From assembly GCA_965198235.1 (NCBI GenBank), contig OZ240248.1, forward strand, positions 256,001-320,000: a stretch of 64,000 nucleotides of DNA, in the 5' to 3' direction. This stretch comes from Candidatus Poribacteria bacterium (lineage in GTDB: Bacteria; Poribacteria; WGA-4E; WGA-3G). Under the pieces are notes generated by a model that was not told the DNA's origin, did no database searches, and worked only from the letters and a program-made list of their open reading frames with translations. The position numbers and the translations under genes are program-made. The first letter of the stretch is position 1. Every line of letters starts with the position of its first letter. Positions 18,990-28,267 of this stretch are shown here, in pieces.

Positions 18990-19842
18990 GTTCCTTCAAC
19001 AAATTCCGCTGTTTGCGAGACAAAGATTTCGGGATTTCCACGACCAACCGCACCCGCAAGTCGCCTTTTCTACCGGAGGTGTCTACCCCACCTCGTCCAC
19101 GTAAGCGGAACTGCTGTCCGGGTTGCGCGCCGGGCGGGATTTTCAGATCCACATCCCCTGTTAGCGTTTGTACCCGAACGAAACCGCCTAACGCCGCTGT
19201 TGTCATAGAAATCTTTGCGTCTGTCAGCAGGTCTGTCCCTTCGCGGGTCAGTGTCGGATGCGGTTGTACAGAAACGGTTACCAACAGGTCGCCTGAAATA
19301 CCGCTGCCGAGGGATTCTCCATGACCCTGAATACGTAAGGTTTTTTCATCCTGAATACCCGGCGGAATTGTGAGCGTGAGACGCTTTCCTTGGACATTCA
19401 CCTCTTTCTTGTTCCCTAATGCCGCGTCCGCGAAAGGGATACTGACGTTCATACGGATGTCGCGTCCGCGAGGCGGAGCAGTCGTGCGTCGCTGTCCGAA
19501 CGCATCACCGAATGCATCGCCAAATCCACCGAACCCACCGAATCCGCCGCGTCCGAAAATATCGTCGAGGTTCAGGTGCGTGAAAATGTCGTCCATCGTC
19601 CGATAACCTTCAAAACCCATACCCTCAACGCCTGCGTGCCCGCGGGTATCATACATACGTCGCTTTTCAGGATCGGAGAGGACCGAATACGCGTTCGATG
19701 CCTCTTTGAACTTCTCCTCTGCCACTTTGTCACCGGGATTCTTGTCCGGATGATACTGGACTGCGAGTTTGCGATAGGCTTTTTTGATTTCTTCTGGAGT
19801 GGCACCCCGATTCACGCCGAGGATTTCGTAGTAGTCTCTCAT
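18973..19842 (-). CDS. DnaJ-class chaperone without zinc finger (CbpA/class B)
   Basis: [11 protein letters not shown] motif, G/F-rich linker, DnaJ C-terminal domain; no CxxCxGxG repeats. Confidence 0.9.
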   Translation of the reverse strand: MRDYYEILGVNRGATPEEIKKAYRKLAVQYHPDKNPGDKVAEEKFKEASNAYSVLSDPEKRRMYDTRGHAGVEGMGFEGYRTMDDIFTHLNLDDIFGRGGFGGFGGFGDAFGDAFGQRRTTAPPRGRDIRMNVSIPFADAALGNKKEVNVQGKRLTLTIPPGIQDEKTLRIQGHGESLGSGISGDLLVTVSVQPHPTLTREGTDLLTDAKISMTTAALGGFVRVQTLTGDVDLKIPPGAQPGQQFRLRGRGGVDTSGRKGDLRVRLVVEIPKSLSRKQRNLLKELEKTL

Positions 19843-19876
19843 AAGTACTCTATAATAAATGATATAGCGATTATCC

Positions 19877-21013
19877 TTAAAGCATAGCGAGGACCGCTGA
19901 CACATCTCGTAAGGATCGGTGCTGTTTAACGAGTGTTGCTCCGAATTGAAGTGCTGCCTTTTCTATGCGCAGTTTTTTAGGTATATCAGCAATACCCTCT
20001 ATGTCTTTAACGTGTGCCGCACCGATAAGGCGACGCAGCATCTCCAGTCCCGCAAACCCTATTGCTTCGTGGAAGACTTGTTGTAACGTTTGTTCTTTCA
20101 ACGTCCCATCAACTGTTCTAAATTCAAGCGTGTAAGTGTGCCACGTCTTTGCAATCGCTGTTTTGAGGGCGGCTTGCACGTCCGAGGTGTCTTGATGTGA
20201 AAAATAGGATAAGAGATAGTTCGCCCAATATAATCCGAGGTCAAATCCTACGGGACCATAAAAGGCAAACTCGGCATCAATCACTTTCGCTGTGTTGTTT
20301 TGGACGAGAACACTTCCTGTGTGCAGATCGCCATGGGTTAGGGCTTGCTGCGCTGTTAGAAAAATCTGTTTGAGGTACTCTACCTGCTGCAGAAAGTCCG
20401 TATCCGTTTTCAATCGCCGGACATCGGGCTCTAATCCTGGAGTCCAGAAATTCGTTTCATGTTCGGTGTACGGAAAAGTGAACACATAATCGGCAGTTAT
20501 CGACTGCATGGTGGTGTTTGCAAATTGCTGTCTATAATGCTGCACAGTTGTGCTGTCAAGGTTCTCGACATAGGTGTGGCTATGTACGATGCCCATAAAT
20601 CGCCCAATCTGTTCAGCGATGCCGGTGTCCACTCTGCCTACGATTAGGTCCGCGCGCAGGACCTGGGCATCTCGGAGGTCCTCCATTACTATGACCGCGG
20701 TTTCAGCATCAAAGTAGTATAATTCAGGGACGGGCCCGCTTGCGAACTGGTTGTAGATGTCCAGGGCACGGGACTCGTAAATCAGACGTTCGACGGATAA
20801 TGGATACTCGGGGCCTAATATCTTAATGTAGGGTGGCGCGTGTTTCAGGACGACCGAACGCTCCGGTTGCGCTGCGTCCGAGACGCGATAGACTGTATTA
20901 AGATTACCATCGCCAATCTCTTCTATGCGGAGTTCCGTCTCCGATTCAAACATACGGATCTCAGCACGTCGTTGATGTAGATAGTCCGGCAGCGTGGCAA
21001 GGTCGAGTTCCAT
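19877..21013 (-). CDS. mtnK: S-methyl-5-thioribose kinase
   Basis: [29 protein letters not shown] and RRLIG motifs. Confidence 0.9.
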   Translation of the reverse strand: MELDLATLPDYLHQRRAEIRMFESETELRIEEIGDGNLNTVYRVSDAAQPERSVVLKHAPPYIKILGPEYPLSVERLIYESRALDIYNQFASGPVPELYYFDAETAVIVMEDLRDAQVLRADLIVGRVDTGIAEQIGRFMGIVHSHTYVENLDSTTVQHYRQQFANTTMQSITADYVFTFPYTEHETNFWTPGLEPDVRRLKTDTDFLQQVEYLKQIFLTAQQALTHGDLHTGSVLVQNNTAKVIDAEFAFYGPVGFDLGLYWANYLLSYFSHQDTSDVQAALKTAIAKTWHTYTLEFRTVDGTLKEQTLQQVFHEAIGFAGLEMLRRLIGAAHVKDIEGIADIPKKLRIEKAALQFGATLVKQHRSLRDVSAVLAML

Positions 21014-21028
21014 ATCTTTCAGACAGCC

Positions 21029-22027
21029 TTACAGCAGATTTTCGGCTATTTGGATAGCGTTTAGAGCAGCACCTTTGCGGAGGTTGTCTGCTACTACCCA
21101 GAGATTCAAACCGTTTTCTATGGAAGCATCATCACGAATTCTACCTACATAGACTTCATCTTCCCCTGCGACATCAACAGCGAGTGGATACTGTTGGTTG
21201 TCGGGATCGTCCACAACTTTGATCCCGGGGGCAGTGGCGAGGCACTCTCTCGCTTGGGCTGCCGTGAGTTTCTCGTGCGTCTCGACGTTTATCGATTCAG
21301 AATGCGCGAAGAAGACTGGGACTCGGACAGTTGTAGCGGAGACACCAATCGTATCGTCTGCAAGTATCTTCCGGGTCTCATCGATCATTTTTACCTCTTC
21401 TTCGTTGTCCCCGCTGTCTAAGAAGGGCCAATCGAACGCGACATTGAACGCCATCTGATGTGGGAATTTATCTAAGGTGATCGGCTTGCCTTCGAGTGCT
21501 TCAGTCGTTTGTTGAACCAGTTCCATAACAGCACGTCCACTTTTACCAGAGACGCTTTGATACGTGGAGACAACGACCCGTTTGATGCCGACAAGGTCGT
21601 AGATAGGTTTAAGTGCTACCATCATTTGGATGGTAGAGCAGTTTGGATTGGCGATCAGTCCATTGTGACTGCGGGCAGCATCCATATTGACTTCCGGGAC
21701 AACGAGAGGTGTTCCGGCGTCCATACGGAAGGCACTCGTATTGTCAATGACGAGTGCACCTTTTTCTACGGCTGTGGGGATGAACTCGCGACTGACAGAC
21801 GCGCCTGCTGATGAGAACACTACGTCCACGTCTTCAAAAGAGTCGTGTGTCAGTTCCTCAACGATAATCAGATCATCTTTAAAGGATAGAATTTCACCCG
21901 CAGAACGGTGCGATGCTAAAAGCTTGAGGGAAGAAACTGGGAACGATCGCTCTTCAAAAATTTGCAACAGGGTATTACCGACAGCACCCGTTGCACCGAC
22001 AACCGCAACACGATAACTCTCACTCAT
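21029..22027 (-). CDS. asd: Aspartate-semialdehyde dehydrogenase
   Basis: GATGAVG, NPNCSTIQ, TYQSVSG and DNLRKGAALN motifs. Confidence 0.96.
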   Translation of the reverse strand: MSESYRVAVVGATGAVGNTLLQIFEERSFPVSSLKLLASHRSAGEILSFKDDLIIVEELTHDSFEDVDVVFSSAGASVSREFIPTAVEKGALVIDNTSAFRMDAGTPLVVPEVNMDAARSHNGLIANPNCSTIQMMVALKPIYDLVGIKRVVVSTYQSVSGKSGRAVMELVQQTTEALEGKPITLDKFPHQMAFNVAFDWPFLDSGDNEEEVKMIDETRKILADDTIGVSATTVRVPVFFAHSESINVETHEKLTAAQARECLATAPGIKVVDDPDNQQYPLAVDVAGEDEVYVGRIRDDASIENGLNLWVVADNLRKGAALNAIQIAENLL

Positions 22028-22090
22028 TTCTGATGTTTTCCTCTTTTGTGTGATTCAAGCAGAATTTTTGTAAGGTTTGTTTAACGTATA

Positions 22091-22119
22091 ATTTTACCAC
22101 AAACACGCCCTTTAAGCAA
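22091..22119 (-). promoter_or_regulatory. Sigma70-type promoter for asd-mtnK-dnaJ
   Basis: TTGCTT-17 bp-TAAAAT with TG extension on the minus strand. Confidence 0.55.
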
Positions 22120-22339
22120 ATATTTCGGTAAAAGATGCCGTGTTACAGCGGAATTCGTTGCCTCCAGGACAAAAAAACTTGACAAATTGTGTAGTCTGTG
22201 GTATTAAAATTAAGAGACCTATATATTATGTCAAGTTAACCGTGTTCTATCTTCTCTATCTCTAATACGGTTATTCAGGGTTGAGCGTAGGCTTTTCCCG
22301 TAACTCAGGTTAATTTTTTGGCGCTAACCAAATTTTATC

Positions 22340-22368
22340 TTGACATATCTATATCTGTATAGTATAAT
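22340..22368 (+). promoter_or_regulatory. Consensus sigma70 promoter upstream of HU
   Basis: TTGACA-17 bp-TATAAT exact consensus. Confidence 0.8.
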
Positions 22369-22491
22369 ATAATTACTATTAGTTTTTTGTTAAATCCATT
22401 TTGCGTCCGAGGCGTGTGAATCTCGTTTTCCGAACAGTTCGGAAAACGTAGTATTTTCTTAATCGGACTAAAAATTAGAGGAACACTTGAC

Positions 22492-22773
22492 ATGGCAAAA
22501 TTAATGAAAAGCGATGTCGTCAGCAGCATCGTTGAACAAACAGGCCTTAGCAAAAAAGATGCGAACGCCGCTGTTGATGCTTTTGCTGCGACTATTTACG
22601 ACGCTTTGAGTAATCGCGACTCTGTTGGATTAATCGGTTTTGGAACATTTGAAGCCAAACATCGTCCAGCTCGCACGGGTCGCAACCCGCAGACTGGCGC
22701 ACCACTTGATATTCCAGAGAAGACAGTCCCTGTCTTTAAAGCTGGTAAGAAACTTCGCGACTCTACTGCCTAA
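22492..22773 (+). CDS. hup: DNA-binding protein HU
   Basis: GFGTF and RTGRNPQTG...PVFKAGKKL motifs. Confidence 0.95.
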   Translation: MAKLMKSDVVSSIVEQTGLSKKDANAAVDAFAATIYDALSNRDSVGLIGFGTFEAKHRPARTGRNPQTGAPLDIPEKTVPVFKAGKKLRDSTA

Positions 22774-22778
22774 AACTG

Positions 22779-22813
22779 GCGGTTCTCTCGCTCAGTTTCT
22801 GGAAAAGCCGCCG
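22779..22813 (+). terminator. Hairpin after HU (possible terminator)
   Basis: ggcggtt...aagccgcc stem; U-tract is not adjacent. Confidence 0.35.
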
Positions 22814-23068
22814 GGCTGTGCCTCGTTTTTAATTGAGGGATGGCTGCGGCTTTTCCACGTTACGCCTATTGACAAGAGTCTCTGCAGGGTTTTTTCATAA
22901 CGGGAACTACCTTCACAACATATTCCAACACTCTGCTATCGCCTGCAGTTATCGACACAATTTTTTGTCTGTATTGTTTGTAGGTCCCTTTTCCATTCTT
23001 TTGTCCGCATCATTTATAGGCACGCTTTCCGAGCGCGTTGGTTAAAATCTGATGTCAGGAGACACATC

Positions 23069-24154
23069 ATGTTAATCCGAACGAGAGCCCCAGTCCGCAT
23101 CGACTTTGCCGGCGGATGGAGTGATGTAGCCCTCTTTACTGAATATTCAAAAGGGCTTGTCGTCAACGGGGCAATTAACCGATACGCTTATGCAACCCTC
23201 CGCTGTGAACGCCAAGTGGCAGACGACGATTCTGTTGAACTCCAGCGCGTTCTGGATAAAAGCATTCGTATCTATTCCGCGGATTTTGATACATTCATTG
23301 AAGCGGACGATATACGTCAACTTGAATATGATGGGAACATTGATTTAGTCAAGGCAGCTGTGCGACGCATGTCCATACAGATCGGCGGTTTCGACCTGAT
23401 TACTCAGTCCACTGCGCCGCCGGGAAGTGGATTAGGCACTTCCGCCGCAATGGGAGTCGCACTCGTCGGTGTGCTTGGTGCACTTAAAGAAGCTACCTAT
23501 CTTCCTTATGAGTATGCGGATCTCGCGAGCAATATTGAACGTCATGAACTCGGTATCCTCGGCGGAAAGCAGGATCATTACGCGAGCGCAATCGGCGGAA
23601 TTCATTTTATGGAGTTTCAGGGGGAGGAGGTGAAGACCTCACCCTTGAAATTTCCACCACACATCCGTTACGAACTTGAAAAGAATCTTGTCCTCTGTTA
23701 TACCGGAAAGTCTCGCCTCTCTGGTAATATACATCAGAATGTAACTGAAGCTTATAAAAGCGGGCAATCGAGTGTCCGCGACGCATTGGAAACTCTCAAA
23801 GCCACCGCTGAGGCAACAAAAACAGCACTGATGCGCGGGCGGTTGACCGAATTCGGCGAACTCCTCACCCAAAATTGGCAGAATCAGAAGAAGTTACACC
23901 CCTCTGTCACAAACGAACAGATAGAATCCCTTTTTAAAATTGCAATGACGCACGGTGCGATCGGCGGGAAAGCTTGTGGTGCTGGTGGCGGTGGGTGCCT
24001 CCTGTTTTACTGCGAACCTACACGTGAGCATCGCGTCCGTCAAAAACTTGAAGAAGCAGGAGCGCGGGTCATTGATGTTAACTTTGATTTTGACGGGCTC
24101 CAAATGTGGAAAGTCCAAACAACGGATATGATGGATGGAAAACCGACTCCATAG
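23069..24154 (+). CDS. GHMP kinase, HddA-like (D-glycero-D-manno-heptose-7-phosphate kinase family)
   Basis: RAPVRIDFAGGWSD, PPGSGLGTS, GKQD and GAGGGG motifs. Confidence 0.8.
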   Translation: MLIRTRAPVRIDFAGGWSDVALFTEYSKGLVVNGAINRYAYATLRCERQVADDDSVELQRVLDKSIRIYSADFDTFIEADDIRQLEYDGNIDLVKAAVRRMSIQIGGFDLITQSTAPPGSGLGTSAAMGVALVGVLGALKEATYLPYEYADLASNIERHELGILGGKQDHYASAIGGIHFMEFQGEEVKTSPLKFPPHIRYELEKNLVLCYTGKSRLSGNIHQNVTEAYKSGQSSVRDALETLKATAEATKTALMRGRLTEFGELLTQNWQNQKKLHPSVTNEQIESLFKIAMTHGAIGGKACGAGGGGCLLFYCEPTREHRVRQKLEEAGARVIDVNFDFDGLQMWKVQTTDMMDGKPTP

Positions 24155-24160
24155 CCTCTT

Positions 24161-24384
24161 GATAACTGTTCATTTCTCCATTCTCCATTGGCATTAACCA
24201 AAAACCGGGGCCCCGCCCGTTACTGGGAAGGGACGTGGAACGATTTAACCATCAACTCGACTCCGTTATAAATGTTAAAGCACGAGTGTTTTTGCTTGGG
24301 GTGTTTTTGCTTGGGTATTTCTGCGTATTGCTTGGGTGTTTCTGCGGATTTCTTCGATGGTTAACATATTTGATAGTTTAAAAA
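24161..24384 (+). repeat. Intergenic repeat ending at the moxR start, carrying tandem GTTTTTGCTTGGG units
   Basis: Shares ataactg.tcat, ttgg.attaaccaaaa and catatttgatag.ttaaaaaATG with 25751-25840. Confidence 0.7.
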
Positions 24385-25404
24385 ATGAAAAATGACATTT
24401 CAGCGACGCAGACCGGAACAGATATAGAAGCCGCCGAAGCCTTGAAAACGGCGAAGGAAAATATTTTAAACCAACTCAGGAAGCGAATCATTGGGCAAGA
24501 CGCAGTAATTGAGCAGCTTCTTATCGCACTCTTTTCGCAGGGACACTGTTTACTGGTGGGCGTGCCGGGGTTAGCGAAGACCCTGCTCATCAGCACATTC
24601 GCGCAGATTCTGGAACTCCCTTTCAATCGAATCCAATTTACGCCGGACCTGATGCCATCGGACATTATCGGCACAGATATTATTGAGGAAGGCGAGGCAG
24701 GGAAACGCGCGTTCCGCTTTATTAATGGACCCGTCTTTGCTAACATCGTCCTTGCTGATGAGATTAACCGAACACCCCCTAAAACGCAAGCCGCACTCTT
24801 ACAAGCGATGCAGGAGTACCAAGTCACCGCGGGCGGCAGAACATATCCATTGGAACGCCCGTTTTTTGTTTTAGCGACGCAGAATCCGATTGAGCAGGAA
24901 GGCACCTATCCGCTACCCGAAGCGCAACTCGATCGATTCATGTTCCATATCACACTTGATTATCCCGATAAAGCTGCCGAAAAAGAGATTGTAATGACAA
25001 CAACTGCGGCTTATGAACCGGAGATAGAATCTGTTATCACAGGGGAAGAGGTCTTGCGAATACAACAGGTCGTCCGGAAAGTGCCGATTGCCGAAGCAAT
25101 CGTGGATTATGCAGTGGAATTGAACCGACAGACGCGACCTACTTCAGAGGCACTTGATTTCATTCAGGATTGGGTGCAGTGGGGTGCAGGACCGCGGGCA
25201 TCGCAGTATCTCGTGCTGGGCGCGAAGGCGCGCGCTATTCTTCATGGACGCTATCATGTTGCTTATGAGGATATCAAGGCAGTCGCTATACCTGTGCTAC
25301 GCCACCGGATTTTGACGAATTTCAACGCCGAGGCTGATGGTGTCACAAGTTTGGATATTATCAGTAGATTGTTGGAAAAGGTTCAACCGCCAGCGGTACA
25401 ATGA
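24385..25404 (+). CDS. moxR: MoxR family AAA+ ATPase
   Basis: GVPGLAKT, RIQFTPDLMPSD, DEINR and ATQNPIEQEGTYPLPEAQLDRF motifs. Confidence 0.93.
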   Translation: MKNDISATQTGTDIEAAEALKTAKENILNQLRKRIIGQDAVIEQLLIALFSQGHCLLVGVPGLAKTLLISTFAQILELPFNRIQFTPDLMPSDIIGTDIIEEGEAGKRAFRFINGPVFANIVLADEINRTPPKTQAALLQAMQEYQVTAGGRTYPLERPFFVLATQNPIEQEGTYPLPEAQLDRFMFHITLDYPDKAAEKEIVMTTTAAYEPEIESVITGEEVLRIQQVVRKVPIAEAIVDYAVELNRQTRPTSEALDFIQDWVQWGAGPRASQYLVLGAKARAILHGRYHVAYEDIKAVAIPVLRHRILTNFNAEADGVTSLDIISRLLEKVQPPAVQ

Positions 25405-25446
25405 ACGGAGGGTCTTAGAGCAATACGACCGATTGATACTTTTAAG

Positions 25447-25639
25447 ATGGACAAGAAAACGATCTTTATCACATCGCTTTTTGAAGAATCAGATGAGAAG
25501 GAATATTGGCTTTCTAAAACTTTTTTCGACCCGCTTGGAAGCACTCGAATTGATGCGACAGATTAACTATGGCTACAACCCAATTACCGATCGACTTCAA
25601 AGAATTCTTGAGGTTGCTAAAATACGCCATTTGCTATAG
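25447..25639 (+). pseudogene. Small antitoxin-like gene, frameshifted at a T7 run
   Basis: MDKKTIFITSLFEESDEKEYWLSKT continues in another frame as RLEALELMRQINYGYNP..DRLQRILEVA. Confidence 0.55.
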
Positions 25640-25840
25640 ATATATCACCCTGTCCCCTTTCCCAGTAACGGGTGAGGGGAAAGCACCTGAAAAACCTTGC
25701 TGAAACGTCCAAAATTTGTTAGTAGAGACTTGAGTTAGTTATAGATTCTTAATAACTGCTCATGTTCCCATCCCGGTTGGAATTAACCAAAACCATCGTG
25801 AAACGTAGTGAAACGATGACCATATTTGATAGCTTAAAAA

Positions 25841-27220
25841 ATGAAGATTGCAATCATAGGAACAGGATATGTCGGCTTGACCACGGCTGTGGTGCTTGCC
25901 TATCTCAATCATGATGTCGCTGCAGTGGACAAAGACGAGAGCAAACTAAACCTTTTGCACGAGGGGAAAAGTCCGATTCATGAACCCGGCATCCAAAGTC
26001 TTCTTGAAGAGGTGCAGCACACGATCCGTTTCACGCCGAATGTAGCTGAAGTTGTACCGGAGGCAGAGTTGATTCTGATTGCTGTGGGGACACCACCGAA
26101 AAAGAACGGTGAAGCGGATACACAACATGTGGAACAAGCTGCGAGGGAGGTCGCCCACGTCTGTCTACCTGACAGGCACTACACACTTGTTGTCAAATCT
26201 ACAGTCCCGATAGGCACGAATCAGCGTGTCGCTGAGGTTGTGGAGGCGGTATTTTCGGAACGTGGGCTTCGAGGGAACGTCTCCGTCGCTTCAAATCCGG
26301 AATTTTTGCAAGAGGGACTGGCATTGCAAGGCGCGTTCTATCCGGATCGGATCGTCGTTGGTGCGAACAGCGATGAAGCGATTGATACCTTACGTCGCCT
26401 CTATAAACCGATCCTCGAACAGACATTTGACCCGCCGAGCGAGTTTCCACGTCCGTCTTCTTACCACCTGCCACCAATGATGACAACGGATCCGAACAGT
26501 GCTGAAATGATTAAATACGCTGCGAACACCTTCCTTGCGCTTAAAATTAGTTTTATCAACGAAATTGCCGGGCTTTGTGAGGAGGTTAATGCAGACGTGA
26601 CAGAAGTCGCACGCGGTATCGGACTTGACGCACGTATTGGGAATCGGTTTCTCCAAGCAGGTCTCGGATGGGGGGGTAGCTGTTACCCCAAAGACACCGC
26701 TGCTTTGTTAGGAGTCGCAGCGCAATCTGGGTACGAGATGCCGATTACGGAAGCCGCGCGCACCGTCAACTTCCGCCAGCGGGAGCGTGTCGTCGAAAAG
26801 TTGCACAGCACATTGGGCACCCTCAAGGACAAGACCATTGGTATCCTTGGGCTCGCCTTCAAACCAAACACCGATGACGTTCGCGAAGCACCCGCACTTG
26901 ACATTATCCGTGAACTGATTGCCGCGGGTGCGACTGTTCGGGCACACGATCCGATCGCTATTGCAAACGCACGGCGTGCTTTAAGCGAGAACGAGAAAAC
27001 TAACAATAACAGATTGCTTTTCACAGAAGATGTATACGAACTCTCGGACGATGCCGATGCTCTCGTGCTCGTTACCGAATGGGATCTCTACCACAGACTT
27101 GAACTTCGTAAGCTCGCCAAACAGATGAAAACTCCGATCCTCATTGATGGGCGCAACGTTTATTCTCCGGAAGAAGCGAGAGCGGCAGGTTTTCAATACA
27201 TTGGGATCGGCAGAGTGTAG
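25841..27220 (+). CDS. ugd: UDP-glucose 6-dehydrogenase
   Basis: GTGYVG, KSTVP, SNPEFL, GGSCYPKD and GLAFKPNTDD motifs. Confidence 0.92.
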   Translation: MKIAIIGTGYVGLTTAVVLAYLNHDVAAVDKDESKLNLLHEGKSPIHEPGIQSLLEEVQHTIRFTPNVAEVVPEAELILIAVGTPPKKNGEADTQHVEQAAREVAHVCLPDRHYTLVVKSTVPIGTNQRVAEVVEAVFSERGLRGNVSVASNPEFLQEGLALQGAFYPDRIVVGANSDEAIDTLRRLYKPILEQTFDPPSEFPRPSSYHLPPMMTTDPNSAEMIKYAANTFLALKISFINEIAGLCEEVNADVTEVARGIGLDARIGNRFLQAGLGWGGSCYPKDTAALLGVAAQSGYEMPITEAARTVNFRQRERVVEKLHSTLGTLKDKTIGILGLAFKPNTDDVREAPALDIIRELIAAGATVRAHDPIAIANARRALSENEKTNNNRLLFTEDVYELSDDADALVLVTEWDLYHRLELRKLAKQMKTPILIDGRNVYSPEEARAAGFQYIGIGRV

Positions 27221-27250
27221 GGGCGAGGTCACCTCGCCCCTACGGACAAT

Positions 27251-27820
27251 ATGGACGCTATTAAACAGCCCGAACCTTTTGATGTAAATTGGCAGCGGTA
27301 TTGTCCACAGAAGCCGTTTCCGCCGTATCGTCATATACCGGGTGTCACGCCGCACCCGATTCGCGACCCACTTGGACATAGTTACGGGGTAGAAGAAGAT
27401 CACGGTGCTGAAGCCTTACCGCCAAAAATGTGGAGACAAAACGAGGATTACCTATACGGCGTGGACCTCTACAACTTTGCGTATTGGTGGGAGGCGCATG
27501 AGGCGTGGGAAGGGTTGTGGCACCGAGCAGAAGATACGTATCGCTTGTTCCTTCAAGGGTTAATTCAGGTGTCGGCAGCCTTCATCAAGTATCATACACG
27601 AATGCTGCGTCCGCTACGCACGCTCTCTACCGCGGGACGCGATAAATTGCGACAGGTTGTGGTCGAATGTGACGATGCATCGGGAAATTATATGGGACTC
27701 AATCTGCCAGCGTTTTTAGACACCGCCGACGCGTTTTTTGATCCGTTCTTTGACGACACCGTTACGGAAGCCACCTTTCGTAGCGACTCTGTTAAACCGT
27801 TAATACTGTTGATGGATTAG
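27251..27820 (+). CDS. DUF309-domain protein
   Basis: GVDLYN..YWWEAHEAWEGLW and LQGLIQ motifs. Confidence 0.85.
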   Translation: MDAIKQPEPFDVNWQRYCPQKPFPPYRHIPGVTPHPIRDPLGHSYGVEEDHGAEALPPKMWRQNEDYLYGVDLYNFAYWWEAHEAWEGLWHRAEDTYRLFLQGLIQVSAAFIKYHTRMLRPLRTLSTAGRDKLRQVVVECDDASGNYMGLNLPAFLDTADAFFDPFFDDTVTEATFRSDSVKPLILLMD

Positions 27821-27966
27821 CGAGTTGTACGGGTTATTTTCACGCTTGGCGCGAATTTGATTTCTGCAGAATGCAAGCAGCATTGCAACAACGGCGCAAT
27901 GCGGAACTTAGACCAAGCCCGCTGTTAAACTCATAACGCCGTTTTACGCTTGGCGCGAGTTTAAAA

Positions 27967-28245
27967 ATGCCTTTTCTCTTTTTCAGCCTCTTCTGTGTCT
28001 TCATCGTCGTGTTGTTGCTTGTCCTCTTTAAGGTAGGTGCCTATTTTGGCAAAAGCGATGCAGATGAATTTCGTGCTGTTCGGTGTCCACAATGTCAAAC
28101 CCGACGGAAACCCGAAAGGACCGGGACTGTCAGAAACCTCATTGAACTTGAGATGCGCTGTCCACGTTGTGGGTATATCTCCTGGGATATTCCGCCAAAA
28201 ACGAATCTCTCCACACGTCCCACTGATCAGGATAACACGCTATGA
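27967..28245 (+). CDS. Small membrane-anchored Zn-ribbon protein
   Basis: N-terminal TM helix; CPQC...CPRC. Confidence 0.6.
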   Translation: MPFLFFSLFCVFIVVLLLVLFKVGAYFGKSDADEFRAVRCPQCQTRRKPERTGTVRNLIELEMRCPRCGYISWDIPPKTNLSTRPTDQDNTL

Positions 28246-28267
28246 GGACTGTTCTGTATATGGCTGG

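Noticed and set aside
23069-27220. Capsule or LPS cluster suggested by the hddA-like kinase and ugd
   Set aside because: No isomerase, nucleotidyltransferase, glycosyltransferase or export genes nearby; the genes are separated by moxR and repeats.
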